NCBI GenBank assembly: GCA_002633005.1
Contig: NMRA01001035.1
Coordinates: 1 to 64,000 of the forward strand
DNA from: Phoronis australis
Taxonomy: Eukaryota > Animalia > Phoronida
DNA: 64,000 bases
Reading direction: 5' to 3'
Part shown: positions 63,186-64,000 of the stretch, piece by piece
How positions within the stretch are numbered: the first letter of the stretch is position 1
Layout of the letters: each line of letters opens with the position of its first letter
Made by a program: the position numbers and the translations under genes
Notes under the pieces: generated by a model
Seen by the model: the letters and a program-made list of their open reading frames with translations, nothing else
Database searches by the model: none
What the model was told of the DNA's origin: nothing

Positions 63186-64000
63186 AAAGTAGTGTTCATG
63201 TAAAGACGTCTTCTTTAGTCCTCTCTCCACAAGCCATTACAAACATAACCCACGTGTTTTGCGTGGAGTATTTGGAGGTAGCGAAGTTAGATACAAGCTT
63301 TCATCAACGTGACATGACGTACAGTTGAAGACTGAACCTCAACACGGCCAGACGCGTAAAGTGTGATTGTAGAAGCGAAGCAGAAAATGCTGGTGAGCGC
63401 CCTAATGAGCTAGCCTATAAGAGGCCCGTCTGAACCTAGGTAAGAGTTCACTACACTAATTTAATGTATACTGGGGAACCCAATGTTCGTCCGCCTAAGC
63501 ATAAAACCGACTTGCTGTTGTACTCACCGAATTATTCCACTTCAAAGTTATGATCTGAATAGGATTCGATTTAACTCTCACAGATATACCGCATTCATCG
63601 ATTCGGAAGTTTTCTTTAATTTGTGCCGAGTTATTTCAAATGTGCACTGCCTTCGGCAGCCATTTTATTGTGACACCTAAGTTCGTCATATGCTGCCCCC
63701 TTTTGTAAAAACTGAGAAACATGCAGAAAAAGGCCAACGAAGTAATGAAAATTGCAACAGCCTGTTTTTATTGACATAAACTCGATTTGAAGCTTTGATG
63801 TTGAGCTCTGCACTGTGGTTTCCAATAAAAGCCAATTGGACAACATTTCAATGCAGTTTAATGGTGAATGCGTGAGGCAAAATGTTAAGAACCCAGCGTA
63901 TCGCATTTGTCTGCGGATTTTTCCTTTGGCCTTCTAGATCCTACTAGTGCCTGGGAAAAACAGATACATTGCATAAACAAACCCTGGATCATGTTTTGTG

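Overview
AT-rich animal (invertebrate, probably mollusc/lophotrochozoan; inference) genomic DNA with one 20-N assembly gap. Host genes: two intronless, strongly diverged SLC15/POT-family transporter paralogues on + (3438-5003, 21165-22733) and a complete 8-coding-exon mitochondrial ribosomal protein MRPL37 gene on - (24767-31869, 419 aa, all splice phases consistent). Most of the rest is transposon debris: LINE, piggyBac, hAT-like, Sola2-like, Penelope, ISL2EU-like SAP/SWIM, Ulp1-PHD and Gypsy fragments, plus many MITEs. The most striking feature is the 3' half of a Ty3/Gypsy LTR retrotransposon (about 58117-63185). Its Pol ends in a PHD finger. Between pol and the PPT/3' LTR, where env normally sits, it carries an extra, now disrupted ORF: an RS-rich and C2H2-like N-terminus followed by a TatD nuclease domain with all metal-binding motifs still present. 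All family assignments come from motif recognition by eye; no database searches were run.
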